Of a DNA stretch of 64,000 nucleotides, positions 1 to 17,665 are shown piece by piece. Origin of the DNA: Hormiphora californensis. Lineage: Eukaryota; Animalia; Ctenophora. The stretch's first letter is position 1; the number at the start of each line of letters is the position of its first letter. The translations under genes and the position numbers were made by a program. The stretch covers positions 2,294,001 through 2,358,000 of the forward strand of contig CM035361.1 of NCBI GenBank assembly GCA_020137815.1, read 5' to 3'. The notes below the pieces were generated by a model. That model was not told the DNA's origin and ran no database searches. It worked only from the letters and a program-made list of their open reading frames with translations.

Positions 1-1062
<1,062 letters not shown>

Positions 1063-1066
1063 TATA

Positions 1067-2160
1067 TTATACCAAAACTAATTGAAATTAGTAGGCCGGA
1101 AAGGTTGCCTTACGATTTGAGCTGCCTTAGGCACCGTAACTTTCACGGGGTATAGACAGGTTACAGATGCTTCGGTCATCTTCAAAAGGGAATGTACCAG
1201 TGCCAAAGGTAGCTCAAATCGTAAGGCAACCTTTCCGGCCTACTAATTTCAATTAGTTTTGGTATAATTTGCATCATTTTTGGGATTTTTTATCCATGTA
1301 GATTTAGTAGAATAGGTACAGAGAGGTTAGAGTCGCGAAATTGAGAAATTTTCATTTTTGACGTCATTTTGACGTCATAAAATGACGTCACGACGTTGTA
1401 ACGTCCAAATTATGACGTCATATTATCGGGCCTACCTAGATAAAGATACTGACCAAGTTTGAGATCGATTGGATGAGATTTGAGTCCGTTATAGCGAAAA
1501 AACCGATAACGTCATATCTGTTTTTAAACAGTCATAACACTTTAGACGCAATTTAAGACCCTTATACGTCTGGTTTTCAAAATTCACGATATAGTTTCTG
1601 GAAGTTCAGACAATTAGCTCTTTCCATGATTTAGTCTTCGATTTTCGATTAGAATCCGTCTTCAGCGTGTAAATTGAGCTCAAAGAATTTTGGTTAGAGT
1701 CTGAAAAATGACGACTTTAAGACGTTCTGTAGGACGTTCCTGGCGATGAAAAGGGACCCCACTACGACTAATGCACACACATCCAGTAGATCTACCAGCT
1801 GTGAAAAGATGAAGTCTCTATCTCTTTTCGTTTGGCGTCACATTCACTTATAAAAAGCGTCTCTCCTACGCGCGCGCGCGTGCGCGCATGCCTGTTACAC
1901 TGAATTTAGGGCAAATGGGACCTGTCTGTAACTTCGGTTCCAGATGAGATAGAGACTTGAAATTTAGAACTTGAGTCAAAGACCCCAAGCCGGGTATACA
2001 TTCCAAATTTCAAGTCAAACAGATGAAAGGGAGCCACGCTATAGCCTTCTGAAATCTGGATTTTCAGCCAAACACCCATAAAACGTATAACTGCGTTTCT
2101 GGCGGCGCTTTTTGAGGGGGGGGGGAATGGCAACCTTTGCGCTTGCCAGCGCAGTGATGA
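1067..2160 (+). mobile_element. Non-autonomous Helentron/DINE-like element
   Basis: Inverted repeat 1067-1129 vs 1207-1268. Sub-terminal repeat aaaggttgcc (about 1100) vs ggcaaccttt (2129-2138). 3' stem-loop gcgct-tgcc-agcgc followed by agtgat. Confidence 0.6.
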
Positions 2161-2279
2161 ATCACTTTAAGTTTTAATCTCTCTAAAATTTATCAAGTTG
2201 ACATTTAATAAATATACTGTATGCTAACTAACAGTATACAACATTATTTGGTTTAACGGCTATTCATTCCGCATTGTAG

Positions 2280-3043
2280 ATCAATCAAGGAAACAGTGGA
2301 GAGAAAACGTAACGGCAGACGCTGTTGTATGGCAGAACCATATCAGGTTAGATAAAACAAACAAACAAACAAACAAACAAGCAAACAAACAAACAATTTA
2401 TGAGAGCCAGAGACCTCCATTAACTAAAGTATACAATGAACGATAACAACATCGACTGTATGACAATAAAAAACTAACGGGAGTGTCTATGTTTCAGAAA
2501 GATATTTTAGAACTAATCAATGACGGAAATGCACTTATTTTCAACGATAATCTACTGATCACCGATGTAAAATGTCACATGAAAAAGGTATATCAATTTA
2601 ATAGCCAATCAACATTGCTTAAGGTGATCTAAAAAGGGCTTCTTATTTTGACTTAACTAACTATTTTAGGCCTGTCAAAAAGAGGGATATAGATGGTGTA
2701 AACCGTCATCTTATCGACATCAACATGTGACAATTGAATCATATGACATTCATGATAACACGGTTAGTTATTAGCTTACTTTAAAACTATTTTATTTATC
2801 ACTAACCATGTATTTGGATTCTAATTAAAGTGTTAAATGTATTTCTGCGAATATCATTATCCTATATTTAACCAGATTGAGATTAGTAGACACGAAAGAA
2901 AAGTAGCAAGCCGGTGTATGACCAACGAAAACTGATGGTTCTGTAAGAAGTGGAAGTTCAGCTGGATTTACCGGAACCGAAGCTGTACATGTACCAACGA
3001 GCTCGAGCTTAAAAATCAAAAGACTGTTGAGAAAATGAATTAA
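2280..3043 (+). CDS. 3' exons of a Cys-rich, cystine-knot-like protein; in-frame TGA at 2933
   Basis: Phase-consistent GT-AG exons 2280-2346, 2498-2587, 2670-2762, 2876-3043 give ...RRCCMAEPYQ/KDILE...VKCHMKK/ACQKEGYRWCKPSSYRHQHVTI.../IEISRHERKVASRCMTNEN*WFCKKWKFSWIYRNRSCTCTNE...MN*. Confidence 0.5.
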
Positions 3044-4080
3044 GCTCAAAGAACGTGCCAGTCTGCAGTAGCTATAAAGTATAATAGAGACAATTGAAAA
3101 CCATATAAGATTTTTATATCAGCTTATTGAAAACTTTTACTAGACATAGAAAAGTTTAAGTGAAAGGCCGTACTCCTTGTTGAAGAAGGGGTGCTCAGCT
3201 CAGTGCTCCTTGCTAAGCTCACTGCTCAGTCATAGTGCATGCATTTTGTCTTTAACGCTCAACCGATGTGCAATCACCCACGCTAACCGGTGACGGAGCA
3301 CCACAGAGATCTTTTGACTTTTCCATTCTTCGATTTATTATCCTATTTCAAATCCAAAATGAATTTCTCAATTTGTACACTGCCCCCTTTTTTAAACGCT
3401 CTTGTCTTCATTTGTGCAGTGGTCAGGCAATTTAATTTAATTGGCAGCACTGGTTACATCTAGATGTGCCGGGTATACATGGCCCTTCTAAAATGGGAAC
3501 ATATAATACATCGTATATGTAATATATATACCACGTTTCTGATTAACAATCTTGGTTATGGTATGCGTTTGTGAATTTAGTTTTACCAACTCTTTTATTT
3601 TTGCAATTAACAAGTATGATAATGTTTTCACCGGTTTTTCTCATTTCAATTTTAGTTTATGTGACCATTCATCACTCATTATTAGTTTAACTTTAAGTTT
3701 CAGTTTAGTACTATTAACAAGTAGCTTTGTTTTTCATAGTTCGCATGCAGCGTAGCACCGTGTTTTTCATGAATACACTGATCTATTGTTGAATGCCTTA
3801 TTATACAGTGTGTACCGTGTAGTGTATCGATATATTTGTCTTCCAAATATTCTAGATTTCAGATTCATAAACCAGTTAAATGATTACCTTTACTCTTTAC
3901 ACCTACACATGTTGGCACATCGCATGTGTTTGGCTCACAATTGTTGTGTTCAAGTGCAATTGACTGATTGCCCGCATGTAGGAGAAAATTATAATCATTC
4001 CCCGATCATTGATGGAATTGCTCGGAGGCAACAGTGGGGGAATTCTTTAAAGAAAGTTGGCATAGACACCTTCGAAGGGG

Positions 4081-4137
4081 GAGATCGAGAGGGAGAGGGA
4101 AAGAGAGACAGAGAGAGAGGGAGAGAGAGAGAGAGAG

Positions 4138-4201
<64 letters not shown>

Positions 4202-4213
4202 TAGAGAGAGAGA
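4081..4213. repeat. (GA)n microsatellite
   Basis: Direct reading. Confidence 0.95.
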
Positions 4214-5013
4214 AAGGGGGGTGGGGGGGGGCCGGTTGTAATGTCCGGGTGGGGATGGGGGGAGGGGTTTTAGTTTAGAGCCCTGGTTAACACAGTGCAG
4301 TTCAAGGTCATCCTACTCACGACACAAGTCTGTAGTAGATATCTCGAGCAGCGTCCCTCAAGGTTGTCGTGCCTTATCGTATCTCCCCAGTCATCCTCGA
4401 GCCATTCTATTTCATCGGGACCTAGAGGCCAAGCCTCAAATTAATTTGTTTAAAGTAGTGTTGAAAAGTTTGATCTAACATTGATTGTTCATTATGAAAA
4501 TCATATAAACCTATATACATAATAACTTGTCATATTATTTAGGCCGGGTTGGGGGGGAGATGAAAGATAGGCTGCTAGATGAAAGATATAAACACTAAAA
4601 GTATAGTAGTAGTTCACTGTTCAATTGTCCTGCCAGAAGGAAAACAACTGAATTCATCCAACATCTTATCTGACTGGTGAGAGTCTAATACAGATGGTGT
4701 ATGCAGTATGGGCTTGGCTGAAACCCCAAACTAGTGGCTCAATATTGTGGTTGAGTAGAGATAGCTTACTGGGGACAAGGAGTGCCATTTTATCTTTTTT
4801 ACTGTGCGAGAAGCAAAATATACACTGGTTTGTAGCAATCTTTTACTTGCCAGCGCTGTCTTGTCTCCTCTGGAGGAGACTTAACAAACCCACTTTTCTC
4901 GATATTGAGTGAGATATTGCGTGAACTATGACGTCATTGTCGCTTCAATTTGGCCCAAATCACGTGATTTTACCACGTGATTAGGGGGTTACGCAAGGTT
5001 TGGAGAGCTTGTG

Positions 5014-5964
5014 CCCAGTGTCCCGATCTCTGGAATATGAAGGAAAGATAAATGCAAAAATTCTGCAGCAAAACAAAATCTATGCAGCAAAATGAAAAAT
5101 TATTAGGGCACTGCAGCAGCAGCTACTGCTGCAGCAGAAGATATTTCCCACACTTACACACAGAGCAGTGCTGCAGCAGTGTGTAACATATTCTATCTCT
5201 CTGTTATAACAGAGAGAGATAGAATATGTTGGGGCAGCCCCAGTTGTGCCTAGTGCACCGACAACAGTCAAGTAAGGGGGAAGGGGGGAAGAAAAGAGAG
5301 ATTATACTTTAACATAGCTCTCTTATTTCCCATAGCTTTACAAAGGGGTGAGATCGTTACTGTCATGTTGCAGTCCTTGCAGTGGAATTTTCTTGGAATT
5401 TTCCATCTCTGCAGTCCCTGCTGCAGTGCTGCAGAGACTGCAGCAGTGGAATTTTCTTGGAATTTTCCATCTCTGCAGTCCCTGCTGCAGTGCTGCAGAG
5501 ACTGCAGCAGTGGAATTTTCTTGGAATTTTCCATCTCTGCAGTCCCTGCTGCAGTGCTGCAGAGACTACAGCAGTGGAATTTCTTGGAATATTCCATCTC
5601 TGCAGCACTGCAGCAGGGACGGCAGAGAATATTTCAAGGAATTTTGATAAACTGAGAACTGCAGTAGGGAATATTTCAGGGAACATTCCAATCTTATAGG
5701 GACTGCAGGGGACTGCAGTAGGGAATATTCTAGGGAAAATTCCAATCTTATAGGGATGCAGTAGGGGAATATCCAGGGAATTTTCCAATTTATAGGGACT
5801 GCAGTAGGGGAATATTTCAGGGAAAATTCCAATCTATAGGGACTGCCGGGGTTGAAAATTTGAAAAATCCCTATCCATGGCTGCAGCAAACACGTAAAAA
5901 TTCTTGCAGCAAAACGAGCCCCAAAATGAAAATTCCAGACGTGAAAAAAAATCGGGACACCGGG
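5014..5964. mobile_element. Non-autonomous DNA transposon with 8-bp TSD (hAT-like) and internal CTGCAG-rich 59-bp minisatellite
   Basis: TIR CCCAGTGTCCCGAT / ATCGGGACACCGGG (1 mismatch). TSD agcttgtg at 5006-5013 and 5965-5972. Tandem 59-bp units at about 5378-5610. Confidence 0.8.
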
Positions 5965-6383
5965 AGCTTGTGTAAAAAACTTCAACTTACTACCCCCTCA
6001 ATTTTCACTAAGCAAGATTTCTAAAAAAGTTTCGTCGACACAAAACCATGCTTTAAGGGGTGTGAAAATCAATTAGAAGGGTGATGAAAGGGAGTTACGC
6101 AACGTTTTTAAGTGTGCTTAAAGTTTCGTCGAAGAGCCCCTGGCGTGACCGATATTGAGCTCACACACAGTGCGCGGGGGGTTGCGCCAGGTGTCTATGT
6201 CACCAAATATCTAGGTAAACTAATAAAACTGTATGTAGGTGTATAAATGAAACCGTTCTTTTTCATCTTTTTAATTAAGAAATAAAACCAACTAATTTTG
6301 TCCCTACTCCCTAAGGATAAATTGATCGTAATTAGATCATTAGGTTTATTAATGAACATCATTGTCACACTCACACTTCCTAC

Positions 6384-7056
6384 CTCAGCTGAATAAGCCG
6401 GACTATACAGAGCAGTGCAGCCACAGAGATACTGGAATGCCCAATAACATAGACCAGGGAAGAGTGGATTTTAGTCCACAAGGGGGCAGCTGAAATGTAG
6501 CTGATTACAGTTGGTAATCCATGGTTGAAATTAGTTCTTTAGTTTTATGTACAATAGAGATCAATCATCAATCATTCATACATCTCTTTTGTAAACTGTA
6601 CTAAACATTGCCAGCTTTAATGCACATTGCACATACGTATGATAACAAATGGCTGCTGTTTTGAGCTCGTCAATAAGACCACTTGATGGAAAGGGCGGAA
6701 GAAACACATGAGTAGATCAAGGGCACAGAGAGATTTAAAAAGGAAAGTTGCAGAGGATTGGGGTTGACGGTAGTTGAACATGAACACCACCGGGTTTAGA
6801 ATGATTCCTGAAATAGATATACTCGATAATGTGAGGGTAGTTACGGTTACCAGTGACCAAACGGGTGATAACTACTATTTTTAGAGGGTCCTAATTGAGC
6901 TGTGTTGGAGTCTGGAATTTCAATTACCTATGGAGGCTGACAACGCGAAAAGTATTGCGAAAAAGTAGTTAAAGAAGGCATCAAAAGAGTCTGCATTGTG
7001 GGGTGAGATGTTTAGTTCAGAGGAACAGAGAAATTAAATGTCCCAAATATCGTCAT
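6384..7056 (-). pseudogene. Class-A (rhodopsin-like) GPCR, TM1-TM3 only; apparent frameshift near the start
   Basis: Exons 7056-6928, 6807-6637, 6489-6384 give ...FFNYFFAILFALSASIG/IILNPVVF...LFKSLCALDLLMCFFRPF.../PAPLWTKIHSSLVYVIGHSSISVAALLCIVRLIQL. No TM4-7 exons found downstream. Confidence 0.7.
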
Positions 7057-8137
7057 TATTTACTAAGGGGACAACATAGATTTGATGCGAAACAATCAAT
7101 ATCAAATAACAAGTATACGAGTTCTGATACGCTAGAAAGAAAGTAAAAAAATTGAAATCTTAGCAAAAAAGGGTGTGTTGTTACACTTACACTGGATTGG
7201 CTTTATACAGCCAAAGCAAAGCGCAGTAAAACGAGAAACTGACTGCTGTAATATAATTATGTAACTATATATGCCAGAAAGTGGGTGGATGAAGTACGTG
7301 ATCAAGGTTTTATCACATACGAGACACGTGAGGTGGAGCTGATAATACTGGTCTTAAGTTTCCATTCCAAGGCCAGGGTTTTCTTTTCGACGTTCACACA
7401 GCCACGAGGGTGAATTATACAATTTAGGGAGAAACATTGCCATGCTACGCAGTCTGTCAGTTCGGCACTTTGAGCGGTGTGAGAGCTGTCAGACGAGGAC
7501 CATGTCAAGAGAAACACTAAACAGGGCAGTTAATACTCGATTTACCGGAATCACCAGGGAAAGGGTTTTTGCTCTGTGAACGGTGTTAAGAGGTAAAATA
7601 TCATCATTGCATTAACATTAAAAATTTTGGGAAATTTATCCGTCCACCTCCGGTAAATTGAGGTTTGTATGTTGAGTACACACTGTTACAAATATTATGT
7701 ACATGTAAAAAGGTAAAATACTGATTAACAAAAATGTACATGGTGTTTACTAAAAACCTGTTGAAATTCTACTAAGCCCTAATAACTAACTAAGCCCTAA
7801 TTATATTCTAATTATTCTCTGTATCGGTTTCAAACAAGCATGATCTAAGAATTGAACCTACGCCTAGACTCTAGCAAAACTATCAAGTTTCGCTGGAAAA
7901 ATCCAACGTTATCGATATTCTCTTTCTTTTAAAAAAGGTATAGAATAATTAATGATCAACCCTTAAATCGTGCTTTCATAATCATAAACTATGCCTAACT
8001 TCGTTGAATTGATAAAGTCTTGTGTGTTAATTTAGTAAGGTAACTCTCTATTCTTTTTCTCCATCCGAATCGTCCCCATGATCTTACTCTTCTTATTATC
8101 TTTAACGTTGTTATTCGTGAAATTCTTTATCCTCGCC

Positions 8138-9190
8138 TCAGTAGACCTGGCAAGCAGGAAATGGGGGTTTATATTGAATCTTTTTGGTGAACAACAGTCG
8201 ACTATTTGAATTAGTACTCTGTTATAAAAAACGGTAGTTTTTGAGTAATTCTTACCGCGACCGACTCCTTTTCTCCTGTTTTAAGGTTCCTCAGCTCCGT
8301 AACAATCACTTCGATGCTCTCTAGAGTCAACCCACTCTTCACTCGATCACTAAATTCCTCACTGAGATAGGGAATTATTAATATCTTATTACGTTAAATT
8401 AGATACAGTCAAACCTCGATTTACCAGTCCAACTATTTTGAGTTTCTTCGGCTTCAATGGCTAGATGAACAAACAAAAGTTGTCAAACAAATTGTCGGCT
8501 TCTAGTTGCTTACATAATTTGAAAAAACTAACTTAATTTCTAATTTACCTGTAAAATTGCACTGGACCGGTAGAATGATAATCCCCACTCAGCAATAAAC
8601 GATATGACAAGTGCGTCCCTTTGCCTGTCGTCTGTCAATTTGAACTTTGATGTGTCAAATACACATTTGTAAATCATCATTGTTAATACAACAGCTTGTT
8701 AGTACTTTTTGTGGTAGGATATTTGTTGTTTTGTTTGTAAAAATACAAATAAATTGATTTACATTTTTCTTTGACTTTCCGATTTCAATTAGGTTTGTGA
8801 TTTGTGTTTATCGAAATAGACTCGAGCTGTCTTCCCGGTAAAATCTGAAAATAATATCTGGTAATAAAACATTCATTGACTCCGTACTTTTAGTTAGTTA
8901 CTTTTTGATACAAATATATAAAAAGTACAAACCTCCACTTTTAGGACATATTTTTGCTGAGATGAAGTTTCAAAGTTTTCCATCTGAAAATCTTTTCCGT
9001 CTGATTTAAGAAAAACTCTTTGATCTGTGGAGTTACCGGCAACCTAAAACAGTGATCAACAAAATTCAACATACACGTTAGAATACGTTAATTACTTATA
9101 TTATTAAGAAAATTTTTATTTATACAAAACCTATTGATGAAGAATTCGATAATTATCTCTTCGTCGAGATAAGTGTCTCCAGACAGTCAG
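8138..9190 (-). CDS. Probable spliced gene of unknown function (partial model)
   Basis: Exon-like blocks with AG/GT ends, e.g. about 9043-8933 (VAGNSTDQRVFLKSDGKDFQMENF...) and 8361-8256 (EEFSDRVKSGLTLESIEVIVTELRNLK...). Phases not fully reconciled. Confidence 0.35.
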
Positions 9191-9671
9191 AATTCTTGCC
9201 CAGTTTAAACATTTTCAACACTTGCAAATTTAGCAATTATGATAAACAGCGGTTTTGCAGTACTTAATTATATTGAATAAAACTGATTATATTTATAGCT
9301 GTAACAATTACCATTATGAATCATGTTTAGATAAACTAAGTAACCAGAGTTTAATGCTTGCCTTAATAGTCAATCACTGTGAGACAGACACCTCTAAAGC
9401 CCAGCCCCAAAGCCTTACAAAATATGCAAAGAGTGAATAAATATATTTTCTGGGGAAGCATATATATATCATAATCTTGTCCCTTGTAGACCTCTAGAAG
9501 GATTAGTTTATCGATATTATCATATCATGATCACAAGATGAATAATATTGATCACTTGATTACATAGGAAACAAAAATCCGATAAACACGTATACCAATG
9601 ATGCACTTACATTTCTCTCTTAGTCGTTCTCATATCGTGATCTTTATCTCTCTCTACTCCTCCTCCTCTTA

Positions 9672-11467
9672 TTATGAAAATTCTATACCAGTAACTGCCG
9701 TAGTACCTGTCGGTGGCTCTGTGGCGGCTCTGTCGCTGGATCTGTCGGGCGGCTCTGTCGGGCTGGGCTCTGTCGGGGCGGGCGCTGTCGGGCTGGGCTC
9801 TGTCGGGGCGGGCTCTGTCGGGGGTGATCCCCTTGTTTGATCAAGACTGCTGCCACTTTCATTAAATGGTGGCCCCGTCACCTCTCCCCTCCCGTACTCT
9901 CCGACGGATATTCCAAACTTAAGGAATCTGAACAGTAAACAATCAAATGTTACTGCTAATATAAATAGTGTACTTAATAAATTTTGAATAAATTGGACGC
10001 CTATTCAGATACCTCTCCCATCTGTCCTTTATATCAATCCACCGGCCGATCTGTGGTTCGGATATCGATTCCTCCTGAAAATAATTCCAATATCAAAATT
10101 GAAGCTTGGAGCTGATAACTGATTATGTTTGCCTTGCTCGACCCTGTTTACCTCTTCCAGCACAAATGAAAAGGAGGGTTAGAACATAACAATTAGGTCC
10201 ATTGAATTATAATCTAATGTAAGTTTTAATAAATTACCCCAGATTGCATCTCCGACATTAGAAGTGCATTTAAAGTATACTCATCAATCAACCGAAGTTT
10301 TCGGGCCAAGACATCCCCCGGGACCGTCTCGTTATCGTCGTTCTTGGCGCTGATATACACCTAAAACAGATAGAATTGAAAATAAAAGATAACATATAAC
10401 ATGTGAAATTTATCGATTTTGACGTGCACACCATGTTAACATGTGATGTGACGCGCAAAAATTTTCCACGCACGAGAAGGGGGTGACAACTTCAAAAATC
10501 CGACTTTACCATAACCCTAACCCTCTTAATTACCGCACATCTTTTTTGTCCCTTCTTAGCGACGATTCTTTCACATGTTATAAGATACCCCGTCTGAACC
10601 ATTAGTTCTTTGAAGAACCCGGTATCTTTTTGTACCACCCTCTTGTCCATAGTCACAATAAAGCGTGCCTGGTTTTTCTGAAAGGTTGTAGGTGATAAAA
10701 TATAATATATAACGAATTTAGATACAGAGTTGCATCGTTTGAAAATAATGTGTCTTTGTGACTAACCAATAGTTGTAAACTAGTGTACATGCGGGCCAGG
10801 CCTCTTTTGAGCGTGTCAAGTTTCGATGTCACAAAGTTCGCTGAAGAAATTCATTAAGGGTTTCTTGTGAACACTTCAATTCAGTAACTATTGATATCAC
10901 GCAAAGATGATACTTAATCTACTCATATATAGATTAGATACCTCCTTGCCCTTCGATCCCAGGTCCCCAAACCCTGACTCCGTAAGTGGGTATATCCCTA
11001 ATAGCCATTGCCTCCTTTAATTTTAGTTCCTCTACCAATTCGGGAAGCCTACGGGTTTTCTTCTGCTTGTTAAAGTTGTCGTCGTCTGAAAATAGAACAG
11101 TGAATTAGTGTGATACTGAACTAATGAAATTGTTGAAACATCCTAACTCTACCCCTCGTCCCTGTCATAATTGTGTCCACATAACAATTAATCAGCAAAA
11201 CACGGTGTCTTGTGGGGCTATGACACTGCTACCACAGAATTCTAATGGCTCATTCCCCCAATACAATAAGCATCCTGAACAAATTGTTTTACGTCGTGGC
11301 TGATGAAAGTTTTGAGTAACAATTCAATGATATCATCGAAATTCATTTAGTTATCCTGTTCCAACTTACGGTCTTTTTTCCAAAACATTTGGTATTTCTC
11401 ATCTTCCAGGACGTCCATCAAAACGCGGGATGATCCCACAGTGGCCAAAATCTTTTTTGTTGCCATG
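9672..11467 (-). CDS. Multi-exon gene of unknown function with Pro/Thr-rich (PTEP)n C-terminus
   Basis: About 8 GT-AG exons: MATKKILATVGSSRVLMDVLEDEKYQMFW.../GCLLYWGNEPLEFCGS.../DDDNFNKQKKTRRLPELVEE.../KNQARFIVTMDKR.../FLKFGISVGEYGRG...PTEPAPTEPSP...EFS*. One frameshift in a T-run of exon 2. Confidence 0.6.
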
Positions 11468-12159
11468 CTATGATAGTTGTGTTGTGGTAAAGGAATGTTT
11501 CATGAAAATGTTCTACATTAACCGTATAGTATTATACACTGTCCTGCAGGGATATAATATCGAATTCAGCAGATCGCTTGGTTACTTTTTTGTTACTCAT
11601 TGAAACTGGAGGGTTGGAGTAAATCATATACAGTGCGGCACATTTGCATTAGTGTTGTTAGTTGGGCTATCAAAGAAAAGTTTAGTCGAAAGAAAATCAT
11701 TAAGGAGAAATGACAAATGCGACTCCAATTCAGACCCCACGGTAACATAGTTTGGATGTCCTTCAGTGTTTGGATGTCCTTCAATGTTTTCTTACAGGGA
11801 AATGTTTCGTGGATGGTGGAGCATTCATAGAGCATTCTGAGGAAGAGAGCGATTGATTGATGTAGAGAAAGAGACATCAACAGAAATTTGAAAAATAGAT
11901 ACATACAAACATACAAGAAAGTGTGTGAGAGAGAGAGAGAGAGACAGAGAGACAGTGAAAGAGAGGGAGAGAAATACGAGCAGACAGGGGAAGACAGACA
12001 CAGGCAACCAGGCTAAACGAGGCAAAGAAAGATAGGCAGACAGACAGTGAGTGGGAGAGAGGGAGACAAAGCTACTGATAGACAGAGACTGACAGACAAA
12101 AGGGGGGGGGAGGCAGACTCACTGAAATTGAGGCAGACAGACTGAAAGTGAGGCAGGCA

Positions 12160-12546
12160 GACTGAAAGTGAGGCATACAGACAAACAGAGACAGACAAAG
12201 GAGTGAAAGAGAGACAGACATATATTCAGACAGACAGACAGACAGACAGGCAGACAGAACGACAGCCAACAGACAGACAGACAGACAGACAGACAGCCAA
12301 CAGACAGACAGACAGACAGACAGACAACAGACAGACAGACAACAGACGAACAGCCAACAGACAGACAACAGACAGACAGACAACAGACGAACAGCCAACA
12401 GACAGACAACAGACAGACAGACAACAGACGAACAGCCAACAGACAGACAGACAACAGACAGACAGACAACAGACAGACAGACAGACAACAGACAGACAGA
12501 CAGACAAATGACAGATATACAGACAGATATACAGACAGACAGATAT

Positions 12547-12581
<35 letters not shown>

Positions 12582-12722
12582 GTCAGACAGACAGACAGAC
12601 AGACAGACAGAAAAATAGACAGCCAACAGACAGACAGACAGACAGACAGACAGATATACAGACAGATAGACAGACAGACAGACAGCCAACAGACAGACAG
12701 ATATACAGACAGACAGATAGAA

Positions 12723-12783
<61 letters not shown>

Positions 12784-12811
12784 GCCAATAGACACAGACA
12801 GAAATATATTC

Positions 12812-12844
<33 letters not shown>

Positions 12845-12847
12845 GTC

Positions 12848-12882
<35 letters not shown>

Positions 12883-13001
12883 AAAATAGACAGCCAACAG
12901 ACAGACAGACAGACAGACAGACAGATATACAGACAGACAGACAGATAGACAGACAGACAGACAGCCAACAGACAGACAGATATACAGACAGACAGATAGA
13001 A

Positions 13002-13038
<37 letters not shown>

Positions 13039-13114
13039 TATATACAGACAGACAGAAAGACAGACAGACAGACAGACAGACAGACAGCCAATAGACACAG
13101 ACAGAAATATATTC

Positions 13115-13177
<63 letters not shown>

Positions 13178-13194
13178 TATACAGACAGACAGAA

Positions 13195-13231
<37 letters not shown>

Positions 13232-13281
13232 GCCAATAGACACAGACAGAAATATATTCAGACAGACAGACAGACAGACAT

Positions 13282-13312
<31 letters not shown>

Positions 13313-13340
13313 GCCAATAGACACAGACAGAAATATATTC

Positions 13341-13380
<40 letters not shown>

Positions 13381-13400
13381 CGACTGACAGACATATATTC

Positions 13401-13475
<75 letters not shown>

Positions 13476-13742
13476 GACAGACAAAGAAAGGTAACTTACA
13501 TTTTTAACAAGGAAGAAATACTGCCTCATTATGTTTTGGACCTTTTCCCCTTCTTGCTTCCCATCTCTGCTGTTCTCATCTTCCTTATCGGCAAACAGAC
13601 AGACAGTCAGACAGACAGACAGACAGACAGAAAAATAGACAGCCAACAGACAGACAGACAGACAGACAGACAGATATACAGACAGATAGACAGACAGACA
13701 GACAGCCAACAGACAGACAGATATACAGACAGACAGATAGAA

Positions 13743-13807
<65 letters not shown>

Positions 13808-13835
13808 GCCAATAGACACAGACAGAAATATATTC

Positions 13836-13868
<33 letters not shown>

Positions 13869-13871
13869 GTC

Positions 13872-13906
<35 letters not shown>

Positions 13907-14029
13907 AAAATAGACAGCCAACAGACAGACAGACAGACAGACAGACAGATATACAGACAGACAGACAGATAGACAGACAGACAGACAGACAGCCAACAGA
14001 CAGACAGATATACAGACAGACAGATAGAA

Positions 14030-14066
<37 letters not shown>

Positions 14067-14142
14067 TATATACAGACAGACAGAAAGACAGACAGACAGA
14101 CAGACAGACAGACAGCCAATAGACACAGACAGAAATATATTC

Positions 14143-14201
<59 letters not shown>

Positions 14202-14218
14202 TATACAGACAGACAGAA

Positions 14219-14255
<37 letters not shown>

Positions 14256-14305
14256 GCCAATAGACACAGACAGAAATATATTCAGACAGACAGACAGACA
14301 GACAT

Positions 14306-14336
<31 letters not shown>

Positions 14337-14364
14337 GCCAATAGACACAGACAGAAATATATTC

Positions 14365-14404
<40 letters not shown>

Positions 14405-14424
14405 CGACTGACAGACATATATTC

Positions 14425-14487
<63 letters not shown>

Positions 14488-14490
14488 GAC
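12160..14490. repeat. Compound (AGAC)n microsatellite with an ~1-kb tandem duplication
   Basis: About 12580-13595 is repeated at 13596-14608, including the same 95-bp exon fragment and donor site at about 13495-13595 and 14506-14608. Confidence 0.9.
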
Positions 14491-14511
14491 AGACAAAGAA
14501 AGGTAACTTAC

Positions 14512-17325
<2,814 letters not shown>

Positions 17326-17487
17326 TAACAATTAAGAAAGAACCTTAATACCAGTCAGCCACTGCGTGTAGTGGTGTCCATGGCGTATGGGTATCAAAAG
17401 TTCGTTCTAAACTTGACTTTTAAATGACAATTCTAATGATGTCGTGTGAGTCATTTGTGTCAGAGTTCTAGATCAGCTTTAATTATA

Positions 17488-17665
17488 CAGTCGGATCCCG
17501 ATTTACCGGGATACTCGGGGGAGAGGGTTTTGCCCGGTAAATCGGGGTACCCGGTATATCGGGGTCAAAATACCGTTAATTTCCTATATCGGGGGAAGTT
17601 TATCCTCTCGGTAAATCTGGCCGGAGTTCCGGTATATCGGGGCCCGGTAAATCGGGGTCCGACTG
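17488..17665. mobile_element. Tc1/mariner-type MITE (TA TSD, CAGTCGGA.CCCGATTTA TIR)
   Basis: ta|cagtcggatcccgatttaccggg...ccggtaaatcggggtccgactg|ta. Relatives at 34274-34445 and 49643-49800; fragments near 7536, 8406 and 35920. Confidence 0.85.

Noticed and set aside
2825-3049. Minus-strand 74-aa ORF as continuation of the truncated GPCR
   Set aside because: No TM4-type motif; the plus-strand exon chain explains the region better
12072-14486. Long ORFs of 200-457 aa (SVCL / TDRQ repeats)
   Set aside because: Translations of the (AGAC)n microsatellite
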